A stretch of 64,000 nt of DNA from a virus, in the IMG/VR virus record IMGVR_UViG_3300036828_000755, positions 67,755 through 131,754 of that record; one strand, 5' to 3'. A program made the translations under genes and the position numbers. Shown here in pieces: positions 26,516 through 36,190 of this stretch; position 1 is the first letter of the stretch, and every line of letters starts with the position of its first letter. Under the pieces are notes generated by a model. It was not told where the DNA came from. It was given only the letters and a program-made list of their open reading frames with translations, and made no database searches.

Positions 26516-26769
26516 AGCTCGAGAGGGAAAACTACGAGATGCTGGGGTGCATGCGCTGGGCCGAGAGCACCTTCCTCTGGGTGGTCCTGATGAGGGAGAA
26601 GAAGCTCCACGACGATGAGCGCGCTGAGCAATACGTCGTGTGGACGTACAACGACCAGGTCGACGGGCTATCGAGCGGTAGCTACTTCGTCAACGGCTCC
26701 TCCGAGAGCAACAAGCGTTCCGCGTACCTCGAGTTTTTCGCGAGGTGCGAGCAAAAGTCCAGGTCCTAG
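26512..26769 (+). CDS. hypothetical protein
   Basis: ATGA overlap. Confidence 0.6.
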   Translation: MKLERENYEMLGCMRWAESTFLWVVLMREKKLHDDERAEQYVVWTYNDQVDGLSSGSYFVNGSSESNKRSAYLEFFARCEQKSRS

Positions 26770-26923
26770 GACGTTGGTCGGCCATGCCCCACCCACCCCC
26801 TGGACCTCGGGAGGTATTCGGACAGGTTCACTGGGTGAACCAAAATTTCATGGCCATGTCAACACATGGCCAAATTTTGAAAGAACCACGATGAAGCCAA
26901 AGGAAAGGTAAAAAGGTAGGACC

Positions 26924-27211
26924 ATGTCACTTTTCAAGACTCCCGGCTGGGTACTCCCTCCCAAGAACGCGACGAGGGAACCGCGGCCGCAGGCTGAGCC
27001 GCGGCTGGGGGGCTTCCTCGTCCAGGACCCCAGCACCGGGACTAGCAAAGAATTCTCGTGGACCCGTCTTGCGGGTCCCAACCAAGCTCCCGAGCCGGGG
27101 AAAAAGACCCAGCTCGGAAGGATGGTGCCCGGGGTTCGCGACGTCGTAGCGCCCGCCGCGAGCTCCGGGTACCGGTTCATCCAGGAGAATCCCAATGCCA
27201 AGGACAGTTGA
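26924..27211 (+). CDS. hypothetical Pro-rich protein
   Basis: SD AGGTAGG. Confidence 0.5.
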   Translation: MSLFKTPGWVLPPKNATREPRPQAEPRLGGFLVQDPSTGTSKEFSWTRLAGPNQAPEPGKKTQLGRMVPGVRDVVAPAASSGYRFIQENPNAKDS

Positions 27212-27336
27212 GCAGATGGACTGCTACCACGAGTTCGTCGAGGTGATCGACCCATCGTCTGGGGGATACATGAGGTGCAAGAAGTGCGACTTGGTCGTTG
27301 ATTGCGAAGACCCGGACAGGGACACGGGGCTATAGG

Positions 27337-27513
27337 ATGCTGAACTTCAGCGATGGTGTAAGCATAAACACCTCGGGAAAACCGAGGATAGTCCGCCTCA
27401 AGGACGGCCTATACGTCGTCGGGGGCGGTTGGTCGATACCGGTCGACGACGAGGAAGAGGCTAGGGAAATCTTGGGGGAGTTGACGAGCCGTGAAGAAAC
27501 TCCGAGAAGTTGA
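27337..27513 (+). CDS. small hypothetical protein
   Basis: ATG 27337; GLYVVG.G..IPV. Confidence 0.55.
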   Translation: MLNFSDGVSINTSGKPRIVRLKDGLYVVGGGWSIPVDDEEEAREILGELTSREETPRS

Positions 27514-27730
27514 CCTCGCCAAGACCACCGTGAAAGGTAGCAAGGAACTCAAGGTGGGTCCCTGGTACCTGGTGCAGATCGGTGGCCAGCTCTACGCTGG
27601 CAAGTTCTCGATGCAGTGGTACGGGCTGAACTTCGGCGGGTGGTCGCCGAACCCGGCAGGGCTGCAGTACGACCCACCGGGAACGAACAGCTCACAGTAC
27701 GAGAAAGCATGGCTCATCTACGATGCCTAG
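27491..27730 (+). CDS. hypothetical protein
   Basis: Operonic ORF. Confidence 0.6.
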   Translation: MKKLREVDLAKTTVKGSKELKVGPWYLVQIGGQLYAGKFSMQWYGLNFGGWSPNPAGLQYDPPGTNSSQYEKAWLIYDA

Positions 27731-27941
27731 CGAAGCGGCCAAGAGGATGGACCACCGGGTCCGCGTGGAGAAGCTGCTCAACAGGCACTGGCCGACTGGG
27801 TGGCCAATCGAGCGGCAGGACGTGCTGCCCAGCATAGACATCTGGTTCGAGTGTGGCCACACACCAGAAGAGTGCTTCTACTTCGTCGTCGAGGCATACT
27901 TCGCGGTGACCAGGCCAGACATCGGGAGGAAAACTAAGTGA
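27723..27941 (+). CDS. hypothetical protein
   Basis: Operonic ORF. Confidence 0.55.
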   Translation: MPSEAAKRMDHRVRVEKLLNRHWPTGWPIERQDVLPSIDIWFECGHTPEECFYFVVEAYFAVTRPDIGRKTK

Positions 27942-28654
27942 AGAAGTTCGTGCACCAGCGACTGAACGAGACCATTGAGAAGTACGGGTGGCTCATCACC
28001 GGCGTGCCAGGGGGTGCCATATACACCGTTGGGCTGGTGGACAAGTTTTCCCACCCGGAGATGATGATCCACGACCTGTCGCCCGGGATGTCGGAAGACA
28101 TCCTGAGGGTAGCTGTGGAGAGGGTAAGTCACGGGTACGACTACATCTTGACTGACTCGTTGCACGACAACGTGATAGTTGGGTTCAACGTCAAGTCGAT
28201 CCCGGTAGACAAGTCCAACTTCGGGGACTGGCTCGGCCAGGCCGCCGACTACCACAAGGACGATTTCCAGGCAGTCCAACTGCTCTGGCCAGATGCTGGG
28301 GGACTCTTCCCAGGTGACGAGGGATTCCAATGCAAGTCGCAGCTGAGGTTCGACGTTCGCCGACCCGAGTACGACGCAATGGAGGAGCGGTCCGCCCCCG
28401 GCCAACTCTGCGCGGTGTGCGGCCAACCCATCGATGCCGGGCACGACCACGACATCAAGATCAAGTCCAAGCCCTGCCCGATATGCAGCAAGGTCCAGGA
28501 ATTCAGCGTGAGTGCCAGGGCATTCGACGAGTGGCAGCGCGGCAAGAAGATCCAGGACGCGTTCCCCCGCCTGACGAAGGCTAATCGGGAAGCGCTCATC
28601 ACCGGCCTCTGCGAGGAATGCTGGGCGAAGGTGTTTGACAAGGAGGAAGAATAG
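27938..28654 (+). CDS. DUF4262-like protein fused to C-terminal zinc-finger modules
   Basis: IEKYGW...YTVGL...HPE...VQLLWPD.GG.FP; then CAVC, CPIC and REALITGLCEECW. Confidence 0.7.
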   Translation: MKKFVHQRLNETIEKYGWLITGVPGGAIYTVGLVDKFSHPEMMIHDLSPGMSEDILRVAVERVSHGYDYILTDSLHDNVIVGFNVKSIPVDKSNFGDWLGQAADYHKDDFQAVQLLWPDAGGLFPGDEGFQCKSQLRFDVRRPEYDAMEERSAPGQLCAVCGQPIDAGHDHDIKIKSKPCPICSKVQEFSVSARAFDEWQRGKKIQDAFPRLTKANREALITGLCEECWAKVFDKEEE

Positions 28655-28657
28655 GCA

Positions 28658-28900
28658 ATGGCGGAGCAGAGCATCGAGCTAGACTGTCCGCCGGGTAGTC
28701 CAAGACCCGGGGACCTGATCGAGGGAGTCATCGAGGGTCTCGGCCTAGACCAGAAGGAGCCAATCTTCAGGATCTTCGGCAACTGGAAGTGGGACTACTC
28801 AGAGGTAGAGCCTGACAGGTGGGAGAAGGTCAAGCCGACGCTGGCAGGGCGAATCCAGGAACTTTACCAGGCAGGCCTGATCAGGTACGGGTCTTGGTGA
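28658..28900 (+). CDS. hypothetical protein
   Basis: IELDC.PG..RP.DL...IRY.SW. Confidence 0.65.
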   Translation: MAEQSIELDCPPGSPRPGDLIEGVIEGLGLDQKEPIFRIFGNWKWDYSEVEPDRWEKVKPTLAGRIQELYQAGLIRYGSW

Positions 28901-29172
28901 TGGAAGAGATCACTGGTTTAAACATCCAGGGCTTGGAGCTCTTCGCTTGGGTAGGCGAGGACGAGCTAGGTTCGGGCGAGGTTGGCCTGAAGCAAGGGCT
29001 AGTCCCGGCCGGGCTCATCCCCCTTGTAGCGATCAAGAGGGAGAAGTTGACCAGGAGTTACATCAGGAACCAGTTGCGGGTCCAGGCCAAGAGGTATGGT
29101 AAGCGGATCTACCTGGTCAAGTTTTCTGCCACCGAGGTGGTGGACTCGACCCCTAGTGAGGACGTCCGATGA
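28900..29172 (+). CDS. hypothetical protein
   Basis: TGATG coupling. Confidence 0.65.
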   Translation: MEEITGLNIQGLELFAWVGEDELGSGEVGLKQGLVPAGLIPLVAIKREKLTRSYIRNQLRVQAKRYGKRIYLVKFSATEVVDSTPSEDVR

Positions 29173-29720
29173 AGGACATCGGAAAAGATCTGCGGGACTT
29201 GGCAGCAACTATCCAGCAAATGGCTGGGGAAGCCCTGGAACAAGACCAACAGTTGATCCCGATCTTTATGCTGCGGGACAACAGCGGGAGGATTTTCCGC
29301 CTTCCCTTTCCGAAGGAAGCCGGGCCACTGATGAACATCCCAGAAGCCAAGGACATGCTTTTCGAGTACATAAGGATGATGGTCAAGAGGGATGGGCTGA
29401 CGGCCGTCGTGTTTGCCACGGAAGCGTGGATCTGGAAGATCACTACGAAGGGAGACCTCAGCGAGGCCGAGGTGCACAAACTTGTTCGCGAGAAGGGTTA
29501 CCAGAAGCTTCTTGAAGAGGGCTTGGCCGAGCGGTCCGAGGCAATACTGATCACGGTGCAGACGGCCGAGGCCGCGCTCATCCGGCAGTGGGAGTTCTTC
29601 ACCAACGAGGACAGGACCAAGATCACGTTTGGCGAGTGCGGGGACAAGGAAATCCCGCAGAAGAACTTCGTCGGTCGACAGAAGATGTTCGGCGACCTTA
29701 GCGATGAGAACATTACTTAA
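29169..29720 (+). CDS. hypothetical protein
   Basis: ATGA overlap. Confidence 0.7.
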   Translation: MKDIGKDLRDLAATIQQMAGEALEQDQQLIPIFMLRDNSGRIFRLPFPKEAGPLMNIPEAKDMLFEYIRMMVKRDGLTAVVFATEAWIWKITTKGDLSEAEVHKLVREKGYQKLLEEGLAERSEAILITVQTAEAALIRQWEFFTNEDRTKITFGECGDKEIPQKNFVGRQKMFGDLSDENIT

Positions 29721-29803
29721 GCAAGGAAACGCGAGACATTTTGCGGTTCTCAAGAAATAAACCCGTGTTATTATGTCTATGGGTGCAAAGGAAACCCAGC
29801 ACG

Positions 29804-30088
29804 ATGTGGGACCAAGACGTGCGGAAGCTGCGCAACGCCATCAAGTTCATGATGCTCGTCATGGTGGGAATAGCTACCATCAACGGGTGGTCAATCTTGT
29901 TCGGCCCACTGAGTCGCGCACCAACCGAGGTCAGGCTCAGCCAATGCCTGAACATCGTGGCCATGGTTGTCTTCTTCGTTGCCTTGAACATCAGCCTCAA
30001 GATCATCAGGCTGATACAAGAGGCAAGGGACCTGGCCAGGGTAATCATGACGATGTCGAACGTGCCCAAGATAGGGTCGGGGGAGTAG
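29804..30088 (+). CDS. two-TM membrane protein
   Basis: Two hydrophobic helices; ATG 29804. Confidence 0.55.
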   Translation: MWDQDVRKLRNAIKFMMLVMVGIATINGWSILFGPLSRAPTEVRLSQCLNIVAMVVFFVALNISLKIIRLIQEARDLARVIMTMSNVPKIGSGE

Positions 30089-30091
30089 GAC

Positions 30092-30439
30092 GTGGGAGAC
30101 GTGATGGTCATCTCGGCCCGCTCCAGGAAGAACTACATCGAGTTCGGCCGAACTATCCCGGCCGACAGCATCGAGTTTCCCTGCTCAATGTGCGGGGACA
30201 CCCTGATGTTGAGTAAGGAAGCTTCCGAGAAGTTGGAAAAGGCCCGCGGCGATGCGAAATTCTCGCACGTCGGGGCCCTCTGCACGCCTTGCACGATCGT
30301 CTCAATGGAGATAGTCGGGAAAGTCGAGGAATTCAACGTTGAGCTGTCAAAGCAGGCCTCAGACATGGTCGAGGACCGCGAAGAAGGAAAGGTCTTCCTC
30401 CAATACTTGCTAGACAAGGCAACGAAGTCTCGGGGATGA
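30092..30439 (+). CDS. zinc-ribbon hypothetical protein
   Basis: CSMC...CTPC. Confidence 0.6.
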   Translation: MGDVMVISARSRKNYIEFGRTIPADSIEFPCSMCGDTLMLSKEASEKLEKARGDAKFSHVGALCTPCTIVSMEIVGKVEEFNVELSKQASDMVEDREEGKVFLQYLLDKATKSRG

Positions 30440-30568
30440 GGGTTCTGCAGATTGCACGGCCGCTGGAGTCTTCTTTAAGCCATTCACTCGGCGCGAGCGA
30501 GCGAGCGTGACAGCCGGTTCGCTATTGTTTCGTGGGAACTGCAGAAGATTTGAAAGGACACCGCAGAA

Positions 30569-30832
30569 ATGAACCCAGGGAATTTCTTCTTCCACGATCC
30601 ACCGAAGACGTTGCTCAGGATCGACGAGGTCTTCGTCTTCATCGCGAGCGACGAGGACGGTGAGGGCGTGCCAGCATTCATGGCCGGATCAGTCGCGATG
30701 CCGCTGGTCTGCGCCGACAAGGAGCGGGTAGATTCGTTGCGGGACATCGCCAAGAGGTTGGCCAAGGAGTCCGGCAACAAGATCACGCTCTGCCGCTTCA
30801 GTGTTAGGGAAGAACTGGAGGTAATCGAGTGA
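30569..30832 (+). CDS. hypothetical phage protein
   Basis: D..GEGV...MPLV.AD pattern. Confidence 0.65.
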   Translation: MNPGNFFFHDPPKTLLRIDEVFVFIASDEDGEGVPAFMAGSVAMPLVCADKERVDSLRDIAKRLAKESGNKITLCRFSVREELEVIE

Positions 30833-31086
30833 CGCAGGAGGAGTTCGACGACCACATCAACGAGTTCGTGGTACGGAGGGAGATCCTGTTCAACCAGCTA
30901 TTGACACAGGCGCGCCCACTCGTGGAAACCCTGCTAGATGCTGGGCGCACCAACAGCGCGAAACCACTGCAGCAGACCCTGTTCGAGTTCGACGTCATCG
31001 ACCAGGAGATGAGGGAGCTAATCACCCAGAACAAGGAACTGCTGTTCGAGAGGCTCTTCGCAAGGTTGAGGAAAAGCAATGGCTGA
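30829..31086 (+). CDS. hypothetical protein
   Basis: GTGA overlap. Confidence 0.65.
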   Translation: MTQEEFDDHINEFVVRREILFNQLLTQARPLVETLLDAGRTNSAKPLQQTLFEFDVIDQEMRELITQNKELLFERLFARLRKSNG

Positions 31087-31285
31087 CAAAATAGAGGTAA
31101 GGGCGGTGCCGAACTGCAGGAATTGCCTGGGTTCTGGCATAGCGAGTACGCTGTACGCTGGCGTGACGATGGTCTGCTCGTGCGTGACTGAGCAACTGCG
31201 GATAATCACGGTCAAGAAGGATTACTCCATAAAGGATCGCTACAAGCCAGGCAAGGCCGAGTACGTGGAGGAGAAGATCGCGTGA
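31079..31285 (+). CDS. small Cys-containing protein
   Basis: CRNC.G.G...CSCV. Confidence 0.6.
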   Translation: MADKIEVRAVPNCRNCLGSGIASTLYAGVTMVCSCVTEQLRIITVKKDYSIKDRYKPGKAEYVEEKIA

Positions 31286-31420
31286 GGATTTTCGCGAGCC
31301 TTTGCATGGCCATTTCCGGCGCGTTCCTTGTCCAGGTGCAGGCGGTTGCTGGGATAGCCCTCATCATTGCTGGGTTGGTCTTTCTTGCTGAAGAAGTCAG
31401 CAACAGGATGCCGGACTAAG

Positions 31421-31651
31421 ATGAAGGCAAGGAAAGTCACGCCGCTCGATGACGAGATCGCCCTGGACCTCATCAAGATGCCCGCGTTCTGGTGACGGGC
31501 CAAGCTGTTCCACAGTCTGCGGAACGCGATGGAGGCCGGGGTGCTCGACCAGTGCTTGATGGAGGTCGACGACTTCCCCGATAAATCCGTGGAAATCTTA
31601 AAGAAGCACCTCAAGAAATATTGGGGACGGGAGGTCAAGAAAGATGGCTAA
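31421..31651 (+). pseudogene. 76-codon gene with in-frame TGA after TTC-TGG
   Basis: MKARKVTPLDDEIALDLIKMPAFW*RAKLFHSLRNAMEAG...EVKKDG*. TGA at 31493-31495. The whole unit fills the gap between two genes exactly. Confidence 0.45.
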
Positions 31652-31832
31652 GCGCCAAACGGGCCCGATCTACTACTACGTTGAGTTCGTCCCAAGGGAA
31701 GGATATGCCTGGAAGATAGTCGAGAACGGCGTAACCCTGTGGGAAGGTATGGCCGACACGGAGAGGTCAGCTAGGTGGGACATGGAAGACAAGGCGCAGG
31801 ACTTCGGTCTCCAGGTCCCGGAGGACTATTGA
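31644..31832 (+). CDS. hypothetical protein
   Basis: SD GGAGG. Confidence 0.6.
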   Translation: MAKRQTGPIYYYVEFVPREGYAWKIVENGVTLWEGMADTERSARWDMEDKAQDFGLQVPEDY

Positions 31833-31840
31833 GGAGAACG

Positions 31841-32359
31841 GTGGAAAACAAAAGAACAGAATTCGGAGTCAGTCGCACGAGCTGCGACTGTGAGGATTGC
31901 CAGGTCAACTGCCGGTTTATGCCAGGGTTCCTGATCCCGGCCGACCTAACGAGGATGATCCCCATGGGAGTGGACCCGCTCACCTGGGCGGAGACAAACC
32001 TCCTCGCTAGTCCGGGAGCACTCGTCGCGAGGGGGACCAGGATGTTCAGGATACCGACGCTGGTCCCGGCAGTCAAGAGGAACGGGAGCTGCATCCACCT
32101 CCTGGACTGTCGGTGCGAGATCCACGAGATCAGCCCGTTCGGGTGCGCGTTCTTCGACTGCAAGTCGAGGGACTACACCCTGTCACACAGGGGGTTGGTC
32201 GAGATCGCGGGAGCCGACCTCGAGTCGACCTACATCAAGATCTGGCGTCACCTGAGGGCCAAGGGACTCAAGTCCCGGCCGCCTGAGGCAGCGAGGGCAG
32301 CGATGAGCATGTACCTCGAGGCAGAAGCCAAGAAACCGAAGCTTACGAGGATCAAATGA
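31841..32359 (+). CDS. YkgJ-like cysteine-cluster protein
   Basis: C.C..C...C...PG...C..L....C.IH..SP.GC..F.C. Confidence 0.65.
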   Translation: MENKRTEFGVSRTSCDCEDCQVNCRFMPGFLIPADLTRMIPMGVDPLTWAETNLLASPGALVARGTRMFRIPTLVPAVKRNGSCIHLLDCRCEIHEISPFGCAFFDCKSRDYTLSHRGLVEIAGADLESTYIKIWRHLRAKGLKSRPPEAARAAMSMYLEAEAKKPKLTRIK

Positions 32360-32799
32360 CGAAGCTAGACATCAAGTATGACCCAGAAGTCCCGTTCGAC
32401 TGGGTGGCCATGGAAAAAGCCAATGACTTGGGGCCAAAGCCCCGATTTCCGTACGACGGCGGGGGCGTCACGGTCCTTGGGCTGCGGTTCACGTGCAAGC
32501 ACATCCACACCGGCGGCTCGGACCCGTATGCCGGGGATCGGTGGAAGATGGAGGTCGGAAACAGGTCTCGCTGGTACGGGCAGCTGACGCTCGTCCTCGA
32601 CAGCGTCGTTATCTGCATCCTGCAGCTTGAGTGGTGCCGCCGAGACAAGTGGAGGAACCTGCTCGAGGTTCGCGAATACGAGCTCAAGAAGATGCCCTGG
32701 TTCGCCAGGAAACTCTGGTGCTTCCTTGATAGAAGAAAAGACTGGTGGATGGCCAACACTCCCCAGGACGAGTACGGGTGCCCGGGGAACTATGTCTAG
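32356..32799 (+). CDS. hypothetical protein
   Basis: ATGA overlap. Confidence 0.6.
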   Translation: MTKLDIKYDPEVPFDWVAMEKANDLGPKPRFPYDGGGVTVLGLRFTCKHIHTGGSDPYAGDRWKMEVGNRSRWYGQLTLVLDSVVICILQLEWCRRDKWRNLLEVREYELKKMPWFARKLWCFLDRRKDWWMANTPQDEYGCPGNYV

Positions 32800-32946
32800 G
32801 CAGCGGGGAGCTATGTCTCGGCAATGTCCTACCTGCAAACTGAAGCAGGTCCCGGTCGTGCAAGACAGGAAGGGGACCTGGAGGCTTGCCCCACACTCTT
32901 GGATGGGTCGGCAGTGTCCGGGAGTGGGAAAGAAGATGGAGCCAAG

Positions 32947-33279
32947 GTGAACTGGAAATTCTGGAAAAAGAAGAAGCCCGCGGAATCCCAGGCCATGACA
33001 CTCGTCAAGGTCCCCATTTCCGAACAAAAGGGAGTCTCGAAGCTGCACGAGTCCTTCCTGCCTTGGGAAACGACGTTCGTCGTCCAGTCCATCTGCCCAG
33101 ATTGTAGGCACGCCCCCCTGTTGGAGGGGCCGTCGGCCGGGATCTCCACCAACCTCTACTGCTCAAACAAGGAGTGCGGTTCCAGGTTCAACGTTGCGCA
33201 GTTCGGCAGCATGGTCATGGGGGAAAGGATCAGTTCCCCTTCCCCGTTGAAGAAAGGCTTGTTGAGGCTCGATGACTGA
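32947..33279 (+). CDS. zinc-ribbon hypothetical protein
   Basis: GTG 32947; CPDC...GP.AG.S.N..C...CG.RFNV. Confidence 0.6.
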   Translation: MNWKFWKKKKPAESQAMTLVKVPISEQKGVSKLHESFLPWETTFVVQSICPDCRHAPLLEGPSAGISTNLYCSNKECGSRFNVAQFGSMVMGERISSPSPLKKGLLRLDD

Positions 33280-34021
33280 CAAGGACGAGCAGATCAGGAA
33301 AATCAGGGCGCTCCTTGCCGTGCACAGGTCGGCGAAGGAGATCGGCTCAGAGGAAGAGTCGCAGGCCTTCGCCGCCAAGGTCCAGGATCTCCTGGCAAGG
33401 TACAAGCTCTCGCTCAGCGACGTCGATTATGAGGAGCTCAAGACCGCCGAGCCAATCATCGAGAAGGACGTCGACTTCGAATCAGCCGGCCTACCTATCA
33501 AGAAGGCCAGGGTGCAGTGGCAGGAGGTGCTGGCCTACATAGTCTCGAACTCGTACTTCTGCAGGTCGCTCATCCGCACCGGGTCAAGCAGGATCTACCT
33601 TGTCGGCAAGAAGGACGACGTGGAGACAGCGGAGCAAGTCTTCCTCTACCTGGCTAGGGTTGCCAGCAACTTGGCAGAAAAAGAATACGTGGCTTATTTT
33701 CACAAGATGAGGAAACAGGGCAGGGTGGAAGCCGCGAGGGGATACAGGTCATCGTATCTTCGGGGATTCTGCAATAGGTTGTTCGAGCGTTTCGAGGAAG
33801 AGAAGGAAAAACTCCAAGTTGAGTGGGCGGCGAACCAGAAAGCCTTGATTCGGTTGACTGACGCGCTCGTGATAGTGGACGAGCACATCAAGGATTACAA
33901 GAAGGATAAGAGGGCGGAACCGAAGCCTATAAGTAACAGGGTAGGTTACCTGCACGGGACCAAGGCGGCGGACGCCACGCCGATCGGTCAGAATACCAGG
34001 CAGATAGGGAACGTCAGGTGA
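33272..34021 (+). CDS. DUF2786-domain protein
   Basis: IRKIRALL......S.EE...F..K.Q.LLARY.L N-terminus; Y..GF...L...G...G C-terminus. Confidence 0.75.
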   Translation: MTDKDEQIRKIRALLAVHRSAKEIGSEEESQAFAAKVQDLLARYKLSLSDVDYEELKTAEPIIEKDVDFESAGLPIKKARVQWQEVLAYIVSNSYFCRSLIRTGSSRIYLVGKKDDVETAEQVFLYLARVASNLAEKEYVAYFHKMRKQGRVEAARGYRSSYLRGFCNRLFERFEEEKEKLQVEWAANQKALIRLTDALVIVDEHIKDYKKDKRAEPKPISNRVGYLHGTKAADATPIGQNTRQIGNVR

Positions 34022-34284
34022 GGAAGCTCCGGGTTCAGCGCGAGAAGTGCGAGACCTGCATATTTGGCAGGTCAGTCCTTGAGCTAGGGCCGCTGCTCGA
34101 CGAGGTCAGGGACCCGCACGTCCGTGGATATTTCCGCAGTTGGAGGGTGTGCCACCACTCCCGCGACGCCGTGTGCCAGGGGTTTTGGGAGGCCTACAAG
34201 GACAAGTTCGATGTTGGGCAGGTGGCGCAGAGGCTCAACCTCGTGAAGTATGTGTCTGACGACATAACAAGAGAAAAGGATTAA
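34018..34284 (+). CDS. Cys-containing hypothetical protein
   Basis: C.TCIF...CHH....C.G. Confidence 0.65.
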   Translation: MRKLRVQREKCETCIFGRSVLELGPLLDEVRDPHVRGYFRSWRVCHHSRDAVCQGFWEAYKDKFDVGQVAQRLNLVKYVSDDITREKD

Positions 34285-34289
34285 AAAAC

Positions 34290-34320
34290 CCGAATACCTC
34301 GTAAATCTCCGCGGTATAAT
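34290..34320 (+). promoter_or_regulatory. phage-class promoter
   Basis: CCG-N22-TATAAT. Confidence 0.6.
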
Positions 34321-34360
34321 TATTATTGGTGAGCAGTTATTTTATTTTGGTGGAGGACAA

Positions 34361-34699
34361 GTGGAAGAATTCGATCATGATCGCGAATTGTTGGACAGCA
34401 AGATTGCTGGGCTCACGAAGGACATGACAGACGTCGAGTTGGCGAGCCTCATCGAGAAGGTCGAGAACTCGGGCAAGTACACCGTCACGTTCTTGACGGC
34501 AGAACTGGACAACGACTATTTCCAGGGCTTCTTGTGCGGCGCGGAAATCCGCCACAAGATCCTGACCCACCAGGGCGACTCGCTGTACGTCGAGTACGTG
34601 GGTTCCATAGAAGCCCTGAGGTTGCTCGTCAACTCCTTCTTCAAGGTTGGGGTCCCGGTCACGGACGAGCAGTCGCTGAGGAACATCGTGAAAGTTTAA
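34361..34699 (+). CDS. hypothetical protein
   Basis: GTG after GGAGG. Confidence 0.65.
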   Translation: MEEFDHDRELLDSKIAGLTKDMTDVELASLIEKVENSGKYTVTFLTAELDNDYFQGFLCGAEIRHKILTHQGDSLYVEYVGSIEALRLLVNSFFKVGVPVTDEQSLRNIVKV

Positions 34700-34710
34700 G
34701 GAGGTCAAGG

Positions 34711-34971
34711 ATGACGCACATCGTCTGCTGCTGCAACAGGCTCGTGGCTATCGAGGACGGCAGGATCGTTCCTCACCAAGTCAAGGACTCCGAAGAACAG
34801 TGCGTGGCCTCAGGCCTCCTGCACGTTTCGAAAAGGATCCATTCCGGATTCCCTGGCGGTCCCTCGATCGAGATCATCGGGGCCGGACTCTTCGAATGCG
34901 GGGACTGCGGCGACCAAGGCATCGGCGTGCTGCTGAAGATCGATGGCGCAACTAATTCAGGACGGAATTAA
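34711..34971 (+). CDS. hypothetical Cys-containing protein
   Basis: ATG 34711 after AAGGAGG. Confidence 0.6.
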   Translation: MTHIVCCCNRLVAIEDGRIVPHQVKDSEEQCVASGLLHVSKRIHSGFPGGPSIEIIGAGLFECGDCGDQGIGVLLKIDGATNSGRN

Positions 34972-35164
34972 CTCCCGGGGACCGGCCAGCATGCAAATGT
35001 TCGTGTGGGCAAACGACCCGGACAACGCGCTGGAGATATCCGGCAACGGTGCAGACCTCGAGTTCGAATCTGCCGAGGACGCGAGGAAGGGCTTCGACCC
35101 CGACTTCCACGGGAACAAGAAGTTGTTCAAGGTAACCGTCGAGGAGGTCCTCGTTGACGAGTAA
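34943..35164 (+). CDS. hypothetical protein
   Basis: Operonic ORF. Confidence 0.55.
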   Translation: MAQLIQDGINSRGPASMQMFVWANDPDNALEISGNGADLEFESAEDARKGFDPDFHGNKKLFKVTVEEVLVDE

Positions 35165-35792
35165 TTGGAGGAATGTCCCGATTCCGCCGAAGATGCGGGC
35201 CCTTCAGAAAGATCGGCGAGGTTACCCGGTGCCATTCGTGGTATTGAGGGACGTGGACGGGAAACCCCACTTCACGATCAACGATTCCAGGAGAACGCTT
35301 AGGACGATCTCGGAGAGGCGGTGCGCGATCTGTGGCGGTCGCCTTGGAAGGTTGCTGTGGTTCGTGGGAGGACCGAGGTCGGCCTTCCACGAACACGGCG
35401 GCTACACAGACACGACGCTTCACCACGAGTGCATGGCGTACGCGATGCAGGTTTGTCCCTACTTGGCAATGGGGAACTACAACGGTAGGATAGATGTCGG
35501 GACCCTGGACCTGGACAAGCTTGAAAAAGGTCAAGTATTGCTGGACCCGACACAAGTATATGAAAGGCCGAACTTGATGGTCGCCGTGGCGACCAAGAGC
35601 GTCGAAGTCAGGGTGAGGGAGAATTACTTGCCTATCCTGGTGCCAGGAAGGCCGTACATCCACGTGGAGTTTTGGCAGGACGGCGTCCTTCTCCCAGAAG
35701 AAGAGGGAATCCCGAAAGCCGACAAGTATTGCGGGGACGGGATGGTAGGAAAGTACTACGACAGCCTCGAGAAAGGCAGGCCAAGGGAGTGA
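35154..35792 (+). CDS. hypothetical metal-binding protein
   Basis: RG.PVPFV...C.ICG...GGP.S...H.EC..YA..VCPYL. Confidence 0.7.
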   Translation: MTSNWRNVPIPPKMRALQKDRRGYPVPFVVLRDVDGKPHFTINDSRRTLRTISERRCAICGGRLGRLLWFVGGPRSAFHEHGGYTDTTLHHECMAYAMQVCPYLAMGNYNGRIDVGTLDLDKLEKGQVLLDPTQVYERPNLMVAVATKSVEVRVRENYLPILVPGRPYIHVEFWQDGVLLPEEEGIPKADKYCGDGMVGKYYDSLEKGRPRE

Positions 35793-36163
35793 ACATCACG
35801 ATCGTGTTGAGCGGCGAGGGCCTGCCGCTGAAGGCTTTCGCCAGCGCCAAGCGTGCTGAGGTTTTTTGCAAGGAACTGCGGACCACGTCCCACGTGGACG
35901 TCATCCAACTAGATGAGGAGGTTGACCCGGCTGACCAGCTTGGGCCACCGGCCAAGATCGTGGTAGCGCTCTCGGCGAGGATCTCGAGGGAGTTCGTCCA
36001 GGAACTTGGGTTCATGGTGGAACTGAATGATCAGGCAGACATAGTGGCCTCGTCCATGGCAGACAAGGTCAAGGACCTCTTCGGCAAGGAGAACGCGGAG
36101 GTGACCGTCGGGGGCTGGCAGGTGTACGACTCCAACGACGGGGTCCTAGGTTCAGGGTACTGA
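35789..36163 (+). CDS. hypothetical protein
   Basis: GTGA overlap. Confidence 0.6.
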   Translation: MNITIVLSGEGLPLKAFASAKRAEVFCKELRTTSHVDVIQLDEEVDPADQLGPPAKIVVALSARISREFVQELGFMVELNDQADIVASSMADKVKDLFGKENAEVTVGGWQVYDSNDGVLGSGY

Positions 36164-36190
36164 CATCGTATCAATGAAGGGAAAAAGCAA

